Position numbers and translations under genes: made by a program | Shown: piece after piece, positions 24,601 through 38,769 of the stretch | Position numbering within the stretch: position 1 is the first letter of the stretch | Layout: every line of letters starts with the position of its first letter | NCBI GenBank assembly: GCA_043228905.1 | Contig: JBHGNT010000001.1 | Location: forward strand, 9,920,001-9,984,000 | Reading direction: 5' to 3' | Length of the DNA: 64,000 bases | From: Azolla caroliniana | Taxonomy: Eukaryota > Plantae > Polypodiophyta | Notes under the pieces: model-generated | Database searches by the model: none | The model's input: the letters and a program-made list of their open reading frames with translations, nothing else | What the model was told of the DNA's origin: nothing

Positions 24601-27240
24601 GACTTGGCCATGCAAAAGCTGATAATATTGAGGGATTATGTGATATTTAATTGCCACTATATTTAAGCGAAGCATAAGGAAGTATAGACCAAAGAAAGGA
24701 AAGAGGTACATGCCAAACCACATTATCACCCCCTATTGATGACATGAGACAAATCAAAACCTCCTTGATGTCCCATACCATCAAGGGGTGATGCGAGTCA
24801 AACCTTAGGTTCTTCAAGGATAGCACATGCTTAGCTAACAAGAGGCATACCTACACTGATATATTCTCATCATAAGACAAGCCTCCCCTAATAAGAAGGA
24901 AGCTAGCCTCACATATGAGCAAAAACCCTAGGCCATGGTGTGTTCACACTTAAACACGCACGTAATATTCAACTCGTACCCTTTGTTCCTTTGATAATCA
25001 ACCCACACATACTTACCATGAGATTATGGAAAACCTATCTCATGATTAATTATGGTTATGTATGGAATGTGCTTGCTCAAGCAACTTCTTAAGTTGACAT
25101 ATTGCACGTGGGTGGGATTCGGAATTGAAGCTATCCAAAATGCCTTTCATATTGTATTACAGGAACATCTCTCACGTATATTCACCGCACTCGAAATCCC
25201 TTTGACATGATTTGGGCAATATATGCACTATATGAGCAAGAGTTATGATGAGTTAGTTGTCCAAGGCACTTGTTATATGTTTCCACAACCAACATTAGTG
25301 TGAAGCAAGGACTCCCACTGGACTCTACATGGAAGAGGTAGACGACATGACATACAACAAACAAGGAGGGAATCAACATCTTGGTACAACTATTCTCACT
25401 ATTCTTTATGTTGGTGATATATATGTCTATAACATCATGCCATTGCACTAGGTGGTTTTGTGGTAAAAAAGCACCCAAGATTGTAAAAATGTAAGAGTAA
25501 GTCCATGATCTTCCACACATCCACACCATAGAGCTCATAAATGAATGACGACGAGAAGTGAGTACTAGGATAAGGCACATGGGCCATACCATCACTTGAT
25601 TGCGAGGATCATTGTTTGGCATGTCCAATCTGCACTTGGTGAAGTTCGTCGTACCGCATTCCACTATAACCAACCTAGGATATGATTTTTCCTCACCGAC
25701 ACCCAATCGCTACATGTTAGTTTTTCATGTCATGCTTATTTAACTATTATCCATAATTGTTTCACCACACACATTATTTCCATGTACCTTTAGGAAACCT
25801 AGAGCTTTCATTTTTTGTCCGTGAATAAACAGAATGAATTCACCCATAGTTGTCATCACGACTTTGACGCATAGGCTTGTTTTGGCCGGAAGTAGACGAA
25901 AGGAAATACATAATCCGTTCATTGTCTCTCAATCGAAGAGAGAAATTGTGCATCTTTGACGTTCGGCCTGACTGTTTCAGGTGGCAATCGATGGGGAAAT
26001 AAATGGATATGACGAACGAGAGCTGCATGCTCAGGCAAAATGGAGCTAGAGAAGAAACTTGTTCGGTAAAAGAATGGCCAAAGAAAGGCTAGCTAGTAGT
26101 AATGGGTGTTAAGAAGAAATGTGACGGGGGTATTTCGGGTAATTTAGAAAATTGGAGGATTTGTGAGAAACCAGCAGCAGGGGCACGGGCTGTAATTAGC
26201 CGAAACGCAGAAGAGTCTCGCCGTCCGTCCGTCTGTGGACTTGGTTGCGAGATACGACTGCTCTGCCTTCTTTTTTTTCTCGTTCTTTGGTTTGCTTGTT
26301 CACAAATTCCCTCTGCGTTCCTGTCTTTCGATGTTAGGGTTTGTCAGGCGACGATCGTGGCCCTAGCTCTGCAGATCCTCTCTGTTTCTCTCTCCAGTGT
26401 GCAGATTTCGATTCGATTTGAAGGTACCCCCCCTCAATCTGTGCTACTACTTCTATTTTTCTGTGTTTGTTCTCTTCCACCTCATGCTTTCCCCTCCCCT
26501 GTATCCTCCTCCTCCTATTCTTTTCCTGATCCTCTCCATGTTTGTTTATTCTTAATCAACCTTTTCCAAATGCCGATTTTTCTTTCGACGATTACAGGGT
26601 TTGAATCTGAACTACTGTCGCATGATTGTTTTACTCACTTTGATCTTCTGTTTTTTTTTTTTTTTTTTTACTGTTTCGTTTATGGAACCTTCGAAACTTC
26701 TCTATAACAGTCTGACACGCCTATCTCGAATCCTGAGTGTGGATAATGGAGGATTCAAGCTTCTCGAGGATGAATGTGAAAGGAAACCATGCTTTCTTTT
26801 GCTCTCCCACTCTCCCTGTTTTCATTTCCGTTTACAAACCTCTTGAATACGCCTTTTCCTTTCGATAATTACAGCTTCTGAACCTAAAATACCACATGAT
26901 GAGGGTGTTCTCTCTTTGATATATTGTTTGTTTTCACCCGCACAGTTCTGTTTTCACCTCTGAATTGGGCATTCCAATCTTCATCATTCATTGTTCTCTC
27001 TATAACATTATTAAAGTTCTTGTTTAACTATTAGTGTATAAATATCAAACATTGCATTGGCAGCTTCTTGTGTATGCCGTATTTTTTCTGACTATTACAC
27101 TTTATGAATATAAAGTACTGCAGGGTGGTTTTTGATCAACAAGATATGACTAATGAGAAATGTTCCTTTTTTGTTAACGCTTTGAACTTTCTGAATCTAA
27201 CTGGTCTATCTATAACAGTTTTGCAGATCTATTTAAAACC

Positions 27241-30200
27241 ATGAGTGTGGAGATACTTCACAATCTTCCAGATAATGGAAGATTCAAACTTCCTGATGAT
27301 AAATGTGAAACATTACATGGTATGTATGATATTCCTTGTGTCAGAATTTATACTGCTAGGTTATTCTTCTGATTGCACTGAAAAATTTACTTGCAATATG
27401 TTGATTGTGTATTTGAGAGTTCTGGTATGCTGATTGTGTATGTTGCAGAGCTGGAGGCATCGTTTTCAATCAGGTTGTTTCCAAAGTGCTTCTCAATAGG
27501 AAAACCTTTAGAGGTATATGTTTGGGTGTGTGAAACGTGAATACCATATCACCCGCACAGAATATGCAAATTGTTTAAAAACAATGGTTTTTTTCTTCAG
27601 AAAAAGAGAGGGCTTCCACCAATTCATGAAGCAATGGATCGTCTATATCCATACAATCGTACCAGTGAAAGCTTCTTGCGGGTAAACATTTACTAATAGG
27701 AGCCCTTGATGGAAAAAACCATGATTATTCTGCTGATATTTTTGCTTGTAATAGGCTCTTGATGGAGGTTGGATTCCAGCAGATTTACTCGATGATGTAC
27801 CTTGCACATATGTAAATGGCTGTGTATCATGTGAGGTATGCTTCCATAACTGTACAACGAGACAAACCTCCCTTATTAGGCAATCGATTTGTGATAGATA
27901 GTTCCCCCTCGAGGGATAAGTTCTTTCTTGTTGTCCTCGAATAAGGTCTGTTTCTGGCTTACAGGTTCTCGATTACTGTGGCAATGCTCCCTCTTCTGGT
28001 GATGTCAGTTCTGTACTCTCACCTAAATCCTCAACAGAGGTTATACCAGTTATTTATAAAGTCACACTCAAACCTACAACAGAGAGTATAGTAAAAGATG
28101 TTGCATCGATGCTAGATGAGAAGTGGACCTACAAGGACCTCATGGTTCGTTGTTGTTCAAGATAAACATCTATTTTGTGTAATGGCTGTATCTGTGCTCA
28201 ATTGCTTTTATCTTTCCTTTTGATTTTGTTTTGTAGGAAGTGGAATCTAAAATCTTGAAGACAGCATGGCCAGAATTGCAGCTTGATCCGAAGACAACCA
28301 CTAATAATACAGAAAAGAAATCAATGGTATGTGTCATGGTTTCTCAGCTTCATTTCTATGTTGTCTTGTTTATTTAACCTTTGTCTTACAAAATTTTCTG
28401 ATGGTTATGTTATGCCAACCAAAAAGCTTCGATCCAGTCAATCTATTTTCAAACATGTTAGAACAAACAAAGGAGCTCCATTGAGCCGGAGGTGGCGATT
28501 AGCTGCATCAGCAAAGGCTATGGCCAAAGCAGGAACTGTAGCAAACAGTAAGAAGATTGGTCCCGAGTCAGGACTAGAGAGGTATACTCATCCAAATGTC
28601 GAGGCTTCTGGGACTAGTGCAGATGGCATACAGATGGCCCCTTTCAAGCCAATGATATTAGGATCTATGGCTTCTGCATCACAATTTCCTCCTTCACCAA
28701 GAGCAAACATGGTGGGTGACAATGGGTGGCATGATCAGCCTGGACTCATTGAGAAACAGTCATCTTTGCTTGGCAAGAGGGATAGCAGAGATTATGGACC
28801 TAAGCTTGATATAAAGAAATTTAAACAGGATTCACCAAGACTAGACGTGCATGCAGATAATGGTTTGCCTAGGTTTGACCAGAAATTGAATCAAGAACAA
28901 GATAATAAGTCAATGGGTTCCCTAGAGCAGACCAAGCTTGATATGAAAATGAATGCAGACCAACAGAAACTGGATGGTGCAAGAATACGGGATGACAAAA
29001 ATGGTTTTGGAATAGAAAGTGGACGGCATAATGGTGAATCTCATATTGCAGCCCAACGGCTGATGCAGCAAGATATCAGTAAGGCGTCATGGCAGGGCTT
29101 GAGTCCTGTAGAAAGCACACCAGATGCCTTGTTACAGAGGAAGAGAATTGCCCTTGCGCAGCAAAAACCTGATAGCAGGCCATTCATGCAACCATATGAC
29201 TTGTCCACATCAGGGCTGTCACAGAGTGTTTCTGCACTAGTGGCTGGAACCACTAATCATCCAGTTGCATCATCCTCATCAACCATCCTCCACCCAAAAG
29301 ACCAACTGCCGGCTTCAAGTGCAGTGAGTGCTGGATTATCTTCAGATGCAATGATGCAGATGCAGATGCAGCAAATGGCAAGGCGTAGGGCCAACCCACT
29401 TCAAAAAAATTCAGCAAATGTTACTGGGATCGCATCTCCAGGGAGCACTGTGAATTCTGGAGGTGTTACAAATGTCAATAGTCCCTCCACTGCAAGCATG
29501 CCTTCTATTGCTCCTGTGAAGATTGAAGGCATGATGGTAACAGGGCAAAAGAAAGAGCCAGTCGATAATTTTGTGTCACTAATTTCTATTGCACAGAGGT
29601 AATTGATGCTGTTCATTTTCTGGATTATCCTATTTCTTATCTAGGGGTATGCTCATGAAACTTTGATTTGGTTTTGTGCAGGAATGGGCTTCCAGCGAAG
29701 AGACGGAAGGTAGAACTTCCCCCACCTTCAGATGGCCAGAAGCCTTCTCCATCCTGGCAATTACTGTTAGTAGCACTTGGAAATACATCTAGTGATGACA
29801 TCAAGGATCCAAAAGGACAAAGAAATATGGCAGATTCTCTTGTTGGTGGGGTGAATGTACGAAAGACACGGTTCTTACAATTTCAACGTGCAATTCCACA
29901 AGGTTTGTCCTATGTATCCAAAATCTGTTAAGCGTACTTCTACATCTGTGAGTTTGAGTTGCAAGATAGTTAAATATGCATATTATATTACCAGGGAGTC
30001 ATTATCGACGTGTTAGGATTCGGCTTGTTATGTGCGAACGAGGCAAGGATGCTATGGTGGAGGCCGTTGTTCAATTTGGAGATGATCAAGATGATGAAAC
30101 ACTGAACACAGTTCCACACCATGTCTTGCCAACAATGGCCAATGCTGTAAGTTGCATATGATGTGAAAACAGATTTGATTGCTGTCTAACATACTCTAAC

Positions 30201-31863
30201 AACTATTGCAAGCATTATTTTTAATAAGAACTGACTGTGGAATGCTTTGTATGCTTCATGTAGCATGCTGCAGATGTCTTTGCAAAACAGTTCTGTGCTT
30301 TGGTAAGGGAACAAATACCCTTTTTATGATCAGATTTTCCAGGGAATAGCATTTTGTATATTGACTTGTAAGATGTGTTATCTACAGTTGGAGAAAGAAG
30401 GATTTGAGCTGGTTGAAGACCAAGTTCAACCAACAATGCCGCGTGGCAATGTGACCACAAATGCAGCTTCTGCAGCTCGTCCATTGCCTGCAGGTGCATC
30501 AGCATTGGGAAGTAATTTATCATCACCCCGTTCATCTTTGATAAATCAACAAATGTCAGCAATGCCTCTTGGCGGAATGCAAGGATTGGCGCCGATGCAA
30601 CCATCTTCACCAAATGCGCTTGCCACAGCTCGAATGTTGCCTCCACCCGGAAATGCTGCTAATCGCCACATGGCAGCAGGTTTTATGGGCCAATCAGGGG
30701 TCAACACTGCCTCCAAAGCACTGCATCTAGATGGGACAGGATCTCAACTTGCAGCTGTTCAGCAACATCAAACAGCACAACACCTGCAAAGGGCCCAGCA
30801 GATGGTTATGCCAAGTCAGCTCGCTCAATTGAACCAACACTCAGCACAACAGCTGAACCAACAAATGGTGGCAGCAAATCCGGGCCAGCTTCAACAATTT
30901 CTACAGCAACAACAGCGTCAGCAAACACAGGCCCTCCAACAAAGAAAACTCATGGGTATGGGGAGCTTGGGACCAATGGGCAATTTAGGGATTCCTGTTA
31001 GTGGTGCCAATCAAGGTGGTATGGGAAGCATGGTGGGAGTCAATGCAATGAATAATGTTGGCTTGCCAGGAATAAACAACGTATCGGCATCTATGGGGAC
31101 AATGTCAAATCTCAATAATGTTGGCCAACTGCAGGGCATGGCATCCATGGGACAGAACACCGGGCTAAGCAATTTGATAGCGCATCAAGGTAGTCTCACT
31201 CCTGCTCAAATGGCAGCATTTTCTTCGAAGGCACGCGGAGCCAATGCCTCAGCTAGAGACAATATGACTGGTTTAAATGCTTCGAATCAGTTGCATGGTT
31301 CAGCTGGCTTGCCTATGATGGGTCAATCTATGAGTAGGGTTGGCAGAGTTGGTCTAAGCACCATGGCACGTGCTGGGCCTGTTGGGAGCCTTGGTAGCCC
31401 TAGATTAGCAACGTCAACCATGCCAGCTCAGGGTATGTATATGAACTCTTCCCAGTCTATGACCCCACAACAACAATTTAGTCTACAACAGCTGAGTCCT
31501 ACTCAGCAAAATGGCCCACAACAGTCAATCAATCCTCAGCAGCTACAGTTGACTCAATCTCAGCAAGCTAGCATGCAGGTACAACAGAATCCATCACCAT
31601 CTTTAAACTTACAGCAACCAAAGAATAATAGTACCCAACAAAGTCTCAATTCACCAACAACTCTCCTTTCTCAACAACAGCAACCGCAACAGCAACTAAG
31701 TTCAGGTTCCCAGCAACATGGATCAGTTGGAAACCTTGGGTCTCTTGTTGGGGGTCCAGCTAGCCCTCAACTCAGCTCTCAGAATGCTGGCAGTGTAACT
31801 AGTGGTACTGGTATGGAAACATCTGCCACCAACTGTAATGGACCATCAATATCTTCAGGTTGA
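27241..31863 (+). CDS. PHL: SAGA subunit Spt20-like / PHYTOCHROME-DEPENDENT LATE-FLOWERING-like protein with Q/M/G-rich C-terminus
   Basis: Exons 27241-27319, 27449-27513, 27601-27681, 27755-27835, 27965-28144, 28237-28326, ~28427-29598, 29682-29902, 29995-30146, 30264-30302, 30389-31863. Motifs: EASFSIRLFPKCFSIGKP, LYPYNRTSE, GWIPADLLDDVPCTYVNGCVSCEVLDY, WTYKDLMEVESKIL, MADSLVGG, RIRLVM, terminal ASPQLSSQ..GSVTS. A 5'UTR exon probably lies at ~26200-26422. Start codon and the 28427 acceptor are less certain. Confidence 0.85.
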
Positions 31864-32816
31864 CTGTGAAATGGATCTTGATTCTCATGAAGGGCTATTT
31901 ATGTTGGTGATATTTCCTATGTGATTCTTCTGGTTCTTTATGCTTGAGCATGTAAATATTATCAACTTGTTAAATGAGGAGATAATGCAAGATGGACACA
32001 ATATTCTTGGTGCTAGATACTAATCAAAGCTATAGTATCTTGGTCATGGTTACATTGTATCTGTATATATGACTAGAAGCTTCCAGTGTCTTCCTTCAAT
32101 GTTAATTCTTCATGACTAGTTCATTGAGCTCTGTGAGTGGCCTTTACCTAAGCCATGTTTTAAGCATGACCTCGAGTTTTAAGGTTTGAGTGAGGATAAA
32201 GCTTCTGCAGCCATAAAACTGTCAGGTTTCAGATGTTTTGTATAATATTTAATTTGCAAGGGTCTGCTTTTGCATTGGTCTTATTGAAACCCCCCTGACA
32301 GCCAGTCTTAACAGAGATGTATTGTGAGTTCTTTTCCCTTTCAAAGATGGAAGTATCACTGGCCCCACAAAAAAATAACTGAGGCAAGCGTTTGCTTTAC
32401 TGCCTATCATGGACAATCTAGGGTTCAATTGATTTCAACACTGCTTATGTATGGCCATAGATATGAGAAATGGAGTGCCTGATTTGCAATCATTACCAAA
32501 TTTATTTTTTTGAGATTTTTGTAGAAAATCCAATGTTTGGATGGAACATGCCAGTGAAAGGACAAATTTGAACTCTTTGCTCCTAATGAGACTCATTTTG
32601 TAACAAGAGAAATGGATTTTGTGGAATACCGTCCTGAGAAGCCTATTTGTTTAAAAGGCAATATTGTAAAGCCAAGATGAAAAAAATAGTTGTGCCTTTT
32701 CTATTATAAAAAATAATGGAACATTTTTGTAAATCATAATAGAGCTTTTTGCAATATGTAATTATTGGATTGTTTTTATGGATGAAGAGCTACATGATTG
32801 CTCAGTAAATGGTTCT

Positions 32817-34359
32817 TCAAGGTATCCAGTTGCCTATGCAAGACCAAAGGGCAAGCTTACGTTTCTTGATTATCTCATCGCCTGAATATTTGCATGATCT
32901 GAGAGCTTCAATTTCTATCAGCGCCTCTTTCAGCTTCCTCTGTGCATTGTTGCATGCATCGCTAACGTCTTTGGCCTCTGCTTGGGCCTCGTAAAGTCTG
33001 GCTTGCAGTGTCTCCACTTCATTAATATCATCCAAGTCATATATTTCACTATCTGGATTCTCTAATTCATGGCTGCTTTCATGTAGTTGAGTATTCATTG
33101 CATATTTGTGCCTACTTTCCCTGCACCTTGCTTGATGCTCTGCTACAGCTTGTAAAGCCTCTTCAAGCACCTCTAGCAGCAGTTTCTGCTTCTCCACATA
33201 AGAAGCTTGAACATCATTAAAATTGTTAATGAGATGATGATTGTTATCAGGGTCTTTAGCTTTCATTTCCAGTTCTGACAAAACAGCAAGCAGAACCCCT
33301 AATTGAGCTTCCTCTTTCTCTAATGCTTCACACAAGATGGCTGTGTTGTTTACCTTGAGAGCTAATAGCTCTTCTTGGGTTTGTTCAAGCTCAGTTTTGA
33401 GAAACTCTAGGCATGAAGAGAGAAGACTTCCTTCTAGGGCCTTGCTGAGTGTAACCCCTTGTGCTTCCTCTAGGGCTTTGTCCAGCAGCAATTCAATGGA
33501 CTTCGCATCATTTGTTTCACAAATGGTCACCTCTGATTCGGCTACTTGGATGGCCATTTGTATCTCCAAATTATCCTTTTTTATAGCTTCATTTGGAGAA
33601 GCACTACACAATTGCTCTTCTAAAGAAACTCCTAGTTGAGATTTAAGATGCGCCTCTGAGGCTTTAACTTGGGCAAGCTCTCTTTTTAGTACCGCGATTT
33701 CAGCCATTGCATCCTTCATGTTGTTGTGACCCAGCCTTGGCACAACTAATTCATCCATATTTGTGTCCACTACATGAGTATCATTATTAAGGTGAGGTAA
33801 AGTAGAATCATCATGACCCTTGCCTTTAATGAAAATCTCGCCCGATAACTCTTCAACGCGTTTGGCCGTCGACTCAGCTGCATTCATTGCCTCCCCAGCT
33901 AGTCTCACAGCATCATCTTTCGCCTCCACACAAATGATGAGCTCGTGTTTCAAGCTCTCTAGAGCTTGCCTATTTGATTGTAGCTCTATGAGTGCCCCCT
34001 CGTATTGTTCCTTCATTCTCTCCAATTCCACCCTCCATTCTTGGTATAAGAATTGATCTGATTGCAAATATGAAAAAGCACCTTGTTGAGTTCCGTCGGC
34101 AGCAGATGCCCTTATATATTCTCCTCTAGTTGCTAGTACTTTGGATGTCTCATTTGTGCCATGAAGTTTTACTGTCAATTGATTCACATTTTTCTTAGCT
34201 CGTGTGAGGTCATGCATCAAGTTTGACTTGGATTTCTCGAGCAAGCCAAGTTGCTCCTTAGCTTTAACAAATTCGTCGTGCACTTGTTGGAGGTCAAAGC
34301 CTTTTCCATGTATTGTTGCTCTATTAGTCTTACTTGGCTGCAATAATTTGGCCAAATGT

Positions 34360-34403
<44 letters not shown>

Positions 34404-34907
34404 CTAATACATGCATGAGCTAAAGGAATGGTAAGCCATTATATAGAGAAATGAGGTAATAAGTCATTTGTTTCTGGGGATGATGGAAAAAGAAGGACCA
34501 CATGATAGAGGTTCGCCAAATGACTAGTAACAGAGAAGAAGAGTCAGTCTGTCAAGACATATATGAAGAGAGAGCATCTCCTGTTGGTGAACATGCAAAT
34601 TGTTTTTATTTAAACCATCACCTTTTTCCTGCCCAATCCCCAATGGTTATTTTAAAAAAGACAACAATAGGATCCTCGCAACGAAAAGAAAAGAAAACAT
34701 GGGCACAAGTTTTGGCTCTATACACCACCACGTCTTTACCTCTATGTTTGGCAAAGTGCAACTAGACCTCGATTTATCTGGCACCCATGCTGCATTGATT
34801 CTTGTATTAGGAAAGGTTCTTTGATCCATACTTGCATTAACGTCCGGGCTCCCATTTTTGTGTAGTTTTGTGGTTGGTCGAGGAGGTATCATCTTGTTAG
34901 TAGCCAT
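32817..34907 (-). CDS. WEB-family (WEB1/PMI2-related, DUF827-type) coiled-coil protein
   Basis: Two exons joined in phase 0: 34907-34740 (ATG MATNK..., donor GAG|gtaaag) and 34337-32817 (acceptor ttgcag|CCA). Heptad-rich; WRVELERMKEQY...LKHEL...EAKDDAVRLAGEAMNAAESTAKRVEELSGEI resembles the WEB-family core. Confidence 0.72.
34360..34399. repeat. (GA)n microsatellite, reading as the polypyrimidine tract of the WEB intron on the minus strand
   Basis: About 19 GA units just 5' (minus strand) of the 34337 acceptor. Confidence 0.85.
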
Positions 34908-37900
34908 TATAAATATATCTGTGAACAAGAGATTAATAGATAAAGAAAAATATCCCTACAAACAAGTCTAAAATCTTAGGGAGTTTTTCCCGCAAATGAG
35001 TTCCTCCATCACATTATTGTATTATGATTTCATATTAAATATGTAATCAATCTTACATGACCCAATCTAATTGCCAACCTTTAAAACTTAATATCATAAT
35101 CGGCGGTAATTTAAATGAATTAATAAAAAGATATAGAAAGAGATAAATCCAACTCTTTCATCACTTATCTTGTACCCCACACATATCATGGCTTTAAAAT
35201 TGTCACCTAATATTATAGGTTCTATTAAAATAAGTTGCATTGCCATACCTTTCTCTAACTTTGGGGCTAAAGGTTTAGTTTATGCCAAAATTAATCCATA
35301 ACACATTATCATGCTTGGAATTGCCTTATCGAAAGAAAATGTATTTGGTATCAAATAGAGAAAACAGTTACTATGATTAAGAATATTTAATGAAGGCAAG
35401 AACAATGGCATCACAAGTAAATAAAAAAGGTACTTGCGAGTGACAAAACCTTTGGTAATCCTATTCACGATGGTTAATTGCACATGGAAAATTTTAAGTA
35501 TACATAATGATAATATGAATAAAGGTCATTATAAAGAAAATGCAAAGAAATTTGGCACAAAGAATGTGAATACTTCAGCATGAAAGGTGTGAGTGATACA
35601 TCATTTGATAATCTTTTTGATGACCAACATGTTTAATGGCTACAAGGTTTATTATGAATGGTCGAAACCCTTTCATCTAAAATGATTGCTTACCATGTTT
35701 TGCTACTTCGCTGATTACAACTTTCAAAATTTGCTTGTAACTTGTAAGGGATCGAATACTAGATATGTTCATTTGGTTATACATGTGACATATCTAAAGC
35801 CAAATCAGCTGGTTTGATGTTTTATATGTCCAAGTTACTAATGGTTTATAGTGGAAGGGCTGAGCTTCGTTGAGGGAGAAACCAAAACAAATATTTCCTT
35901 GAACATTAGTTAGGTTCAATCTTGGACATTGAACCTTGTTTGTATTGTGATTGTTGATGGTAAAAAGGTGATGTACATGAAACTAGTGTAAAAGCAATGA
36001 ATTTAGTAAAAATGTGTTTACTTACATGCTATTTCCGATTATGGGATAATAGTGACCCCATATAGGATGGCATCCCAATAAGAAGCCTCATTTTAGGTCA
36101 CTCTAATTTGGTGTAGTAGTGTCGAAGGTTTGTCCACCAAGCTTCGTTGTCTGCAAGTTATATGATACTTCCAATGATATATGGAGATTTGGTTTGGAAA
36201 TGACGACAATAATGATGCTTCATATGTGTATACACTATCTAGTTTGACTTGAAGAAATGCATACTCTTTTTATGCCCTAATAACAATGACATTCATTTCT
36301 AACAAAGTGTTGACCTTGACCCAACTCAACCCACAACTCTAAGACATCTAAAACTTGGACCAAGTTATCAATGAGTTACTTCTAAGAGTAATTATTCAAT
36401 TATATCACAAAACATATAATTTATGTTGGCTTTTGCATTTCATTCAACTATCATCAGCATTTGTGTTTTGCAGCATCACCTCAATCTCCCTTAGGAGCTA
36501 CTCATGGTTTAAGTTCCATTAATATAGCTCAATTTAATGTTTCGATAGTGTACAAAATTTCGGTGGTGATTATGTGCACATGTGCAAATGATAACTAAAA
36601 TGACGTGATTATGTTGTATTTTCACTAAAGGTAATGAAATGTATAGAAGATAATGGAGGAAATTTGTTATTGATAGAGTTCACAAATAACTATAATGGAT
36701 GCCTAGTAGTTCATGCTATTGACAATACCAACCGCAATGCATTCTAATAAACACAATTCCAATAAAGAATTCCTCCTGTGATTTAAAGTGTAGCCTAGCA
36801 TTTCTTTTCGTTTGATAGATTTCCCATTCTTTACATCATTTTGTCATAGTAAAAATCAACAATTGGTTAGCATTAGCTTTGTTTGGTGGGGTTCTTCTTC
36901 TCACCAAAACAACCATCAACTTTTGTATTGCTTATGATTTTATAATACTACTGTGTATCTTTTGTTAAAAAAAAAACAAACTATAATGGATCCCTCTCTA
37001 AGGCCTGAAGGATTATAACATATCATCTTTGTAACCTAATTTTTGCATTTGACTAAAAGCCTTGTTAAATTTTTATCAAATCCCTTCCATTACAGCCTTT
37101 CAAACCTTATGAAATGAAAATTACTTTTCGGAAACCATTGCTTAATTCCCGACAAAATGGGTGTTCCTACCACAATTCAAAGTGATTTTGATCTTCACCT
37201 TAATATCTATCAACTTGGAAGCTTTGGATTTATGCCTCACCCTATATTGATGATCTCAACTATATCCCTTGTTTCATGTCAATGAATTTACACATTTACT
37301 TCATGATGTATGTACTCCTAATGTTTCCCTAACCCTGGATCATATGAATTTCATTGTTTATTTAGGTTGGTATATGTCCATATGTGTAAGGATAAGCTTT
37401 CTATTCTTTCTAGCGCAAAGATCATAGGTGTCCTTGAGCATCACATGAATTTTTGTGAAGGTCCATGCACACTTCTTTAGTGGTAACCTTTCAAACCTAT
37501 ATGTGCGTGTGCGCGCATATGTTTCTTTGTTTCATTATTGATCATTGAAACAAATGGATCATGGGGATATGTGTAATAAATACATGGTTGATGGACGTTG
37601 GACATAATCTTGTACGTAAGATATTTAAGTTTTTATGTGTGTATGTGTGTGTGTGTATAAGTGCACATGTAAATGTGTATAAAAATGTAGGGGGTTGCGT
37701 GCATTTAGCTTAATAAATGTGGGTTCGTATAGAAGGGCTTAAGATTGGGTGGTTATGTGTTGAGTAATGCGTGTCCATGTTTTCTATGTAGATGTGTTTA
37801 TGAATGTATTTAAGTTTATATGAGTGTTGTGTTGTGTATGGCTTTTTGTTTGGCATTTGGTGCATGTATAGGCTTTATGAATTCATAACTTTTATTGAAA

Positions 37901-38349
37901 TAAAGTATTTTGGAGAACATAAAGTCCTTCATTGTCAAGGTGTTTGAATTGGTAAGAGGTAGGTTTACATATGTTTGGGCGCTAAAAGGGAAGAGGAAGC
38001 AATCTTAACGTTACATTGAATGTCCAGTCTAAGATTGGATAGAGGATTGCTGATGGGAGATGTTGGCTTCTGTATCTATTGGGAGATGATAATGAACTCT
38101 GGAGTTGGATTGCTTGGCCTAGCACAAATCGTCACTCCTCTACTAATTGTCCTTGTGTAGGCACCCCACTTTATTGTGGCGAGCTCTGCATGATAGTAAG
38201 TACTCTTTGAGTAGTATGTCAATTAAAACTTGCACACACACACAAATAAATTTGGTGATAAATCAGTAAGTAGTTTGAAATGGATTATACGGAGAATTGT
38301 GATTATAAATCTAAGATTTGCAATTTGATCTATATTTTTGTATTGATTT

Positions 38350-38656
38350 TGTAAAGAAATGAGGAGGCAAGAGTGATTGTAATGTAGTGGAAGATGAATG
38401 TGTGTGTGTGTGTCAAGACAGAGTGAGAGAGAGCGAGAGAGAGAGAGAGCTCTTAAGACAGAGATAGAAAAAACTGTATATTAACCAAAATTACATCAAA
38501 GCATAAGACATCCAACAACAACTAAGTTACAAGGGGTTGGTTTAAATACCAATTGAGCTAGGGCAAGTGCCCTTTCTACCATTTATAAAACTAGCCTCGT
38601 ATATCCATGAGCTAGTGTGAAACCTATCTATGGGAAGTTGAGTTCGATTCTCAACA
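38350..38656 (-). repeat. Copia 3' LTR (307 bp)
   Basis: Matches 52576-52880 with about 12 substitutions and 3 small indels by eye; purine-rich aaggggcg (minus) abuts it as the PPT. Confidence 0.95.
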
Positions 38657-38769
38657 CGCCCCTTCGAACACAACTTCCATATGTAGAAAAGTTGTTTCGG
38701 TCTTCAGAGTACTTCGATTTATGGAATCGGATTCCGGCTTTGCTTCTTATTGCGTGTTGCGTAGTCTAG

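Noticed and set aside
24640-25760. Possible gene in minus ORF 25182-25706
   Set aside because: No recognisable motif or splice structure; probably decayed TE sequence that cannot be classified by eye.
26102-26846. 201-aa and 81-aa hydrophobic ORFs upstream of PHL
   Set aside because: They run across pyrimidine-rich 5'UTR/intron sequence and a poly-T run, with no recognisable domain.
35000-38340. AT-rich intergenic stretch with (TG)n-like patches
   Set aside because: No ORF, terminal repeat or RNA-gene structure could be supported.
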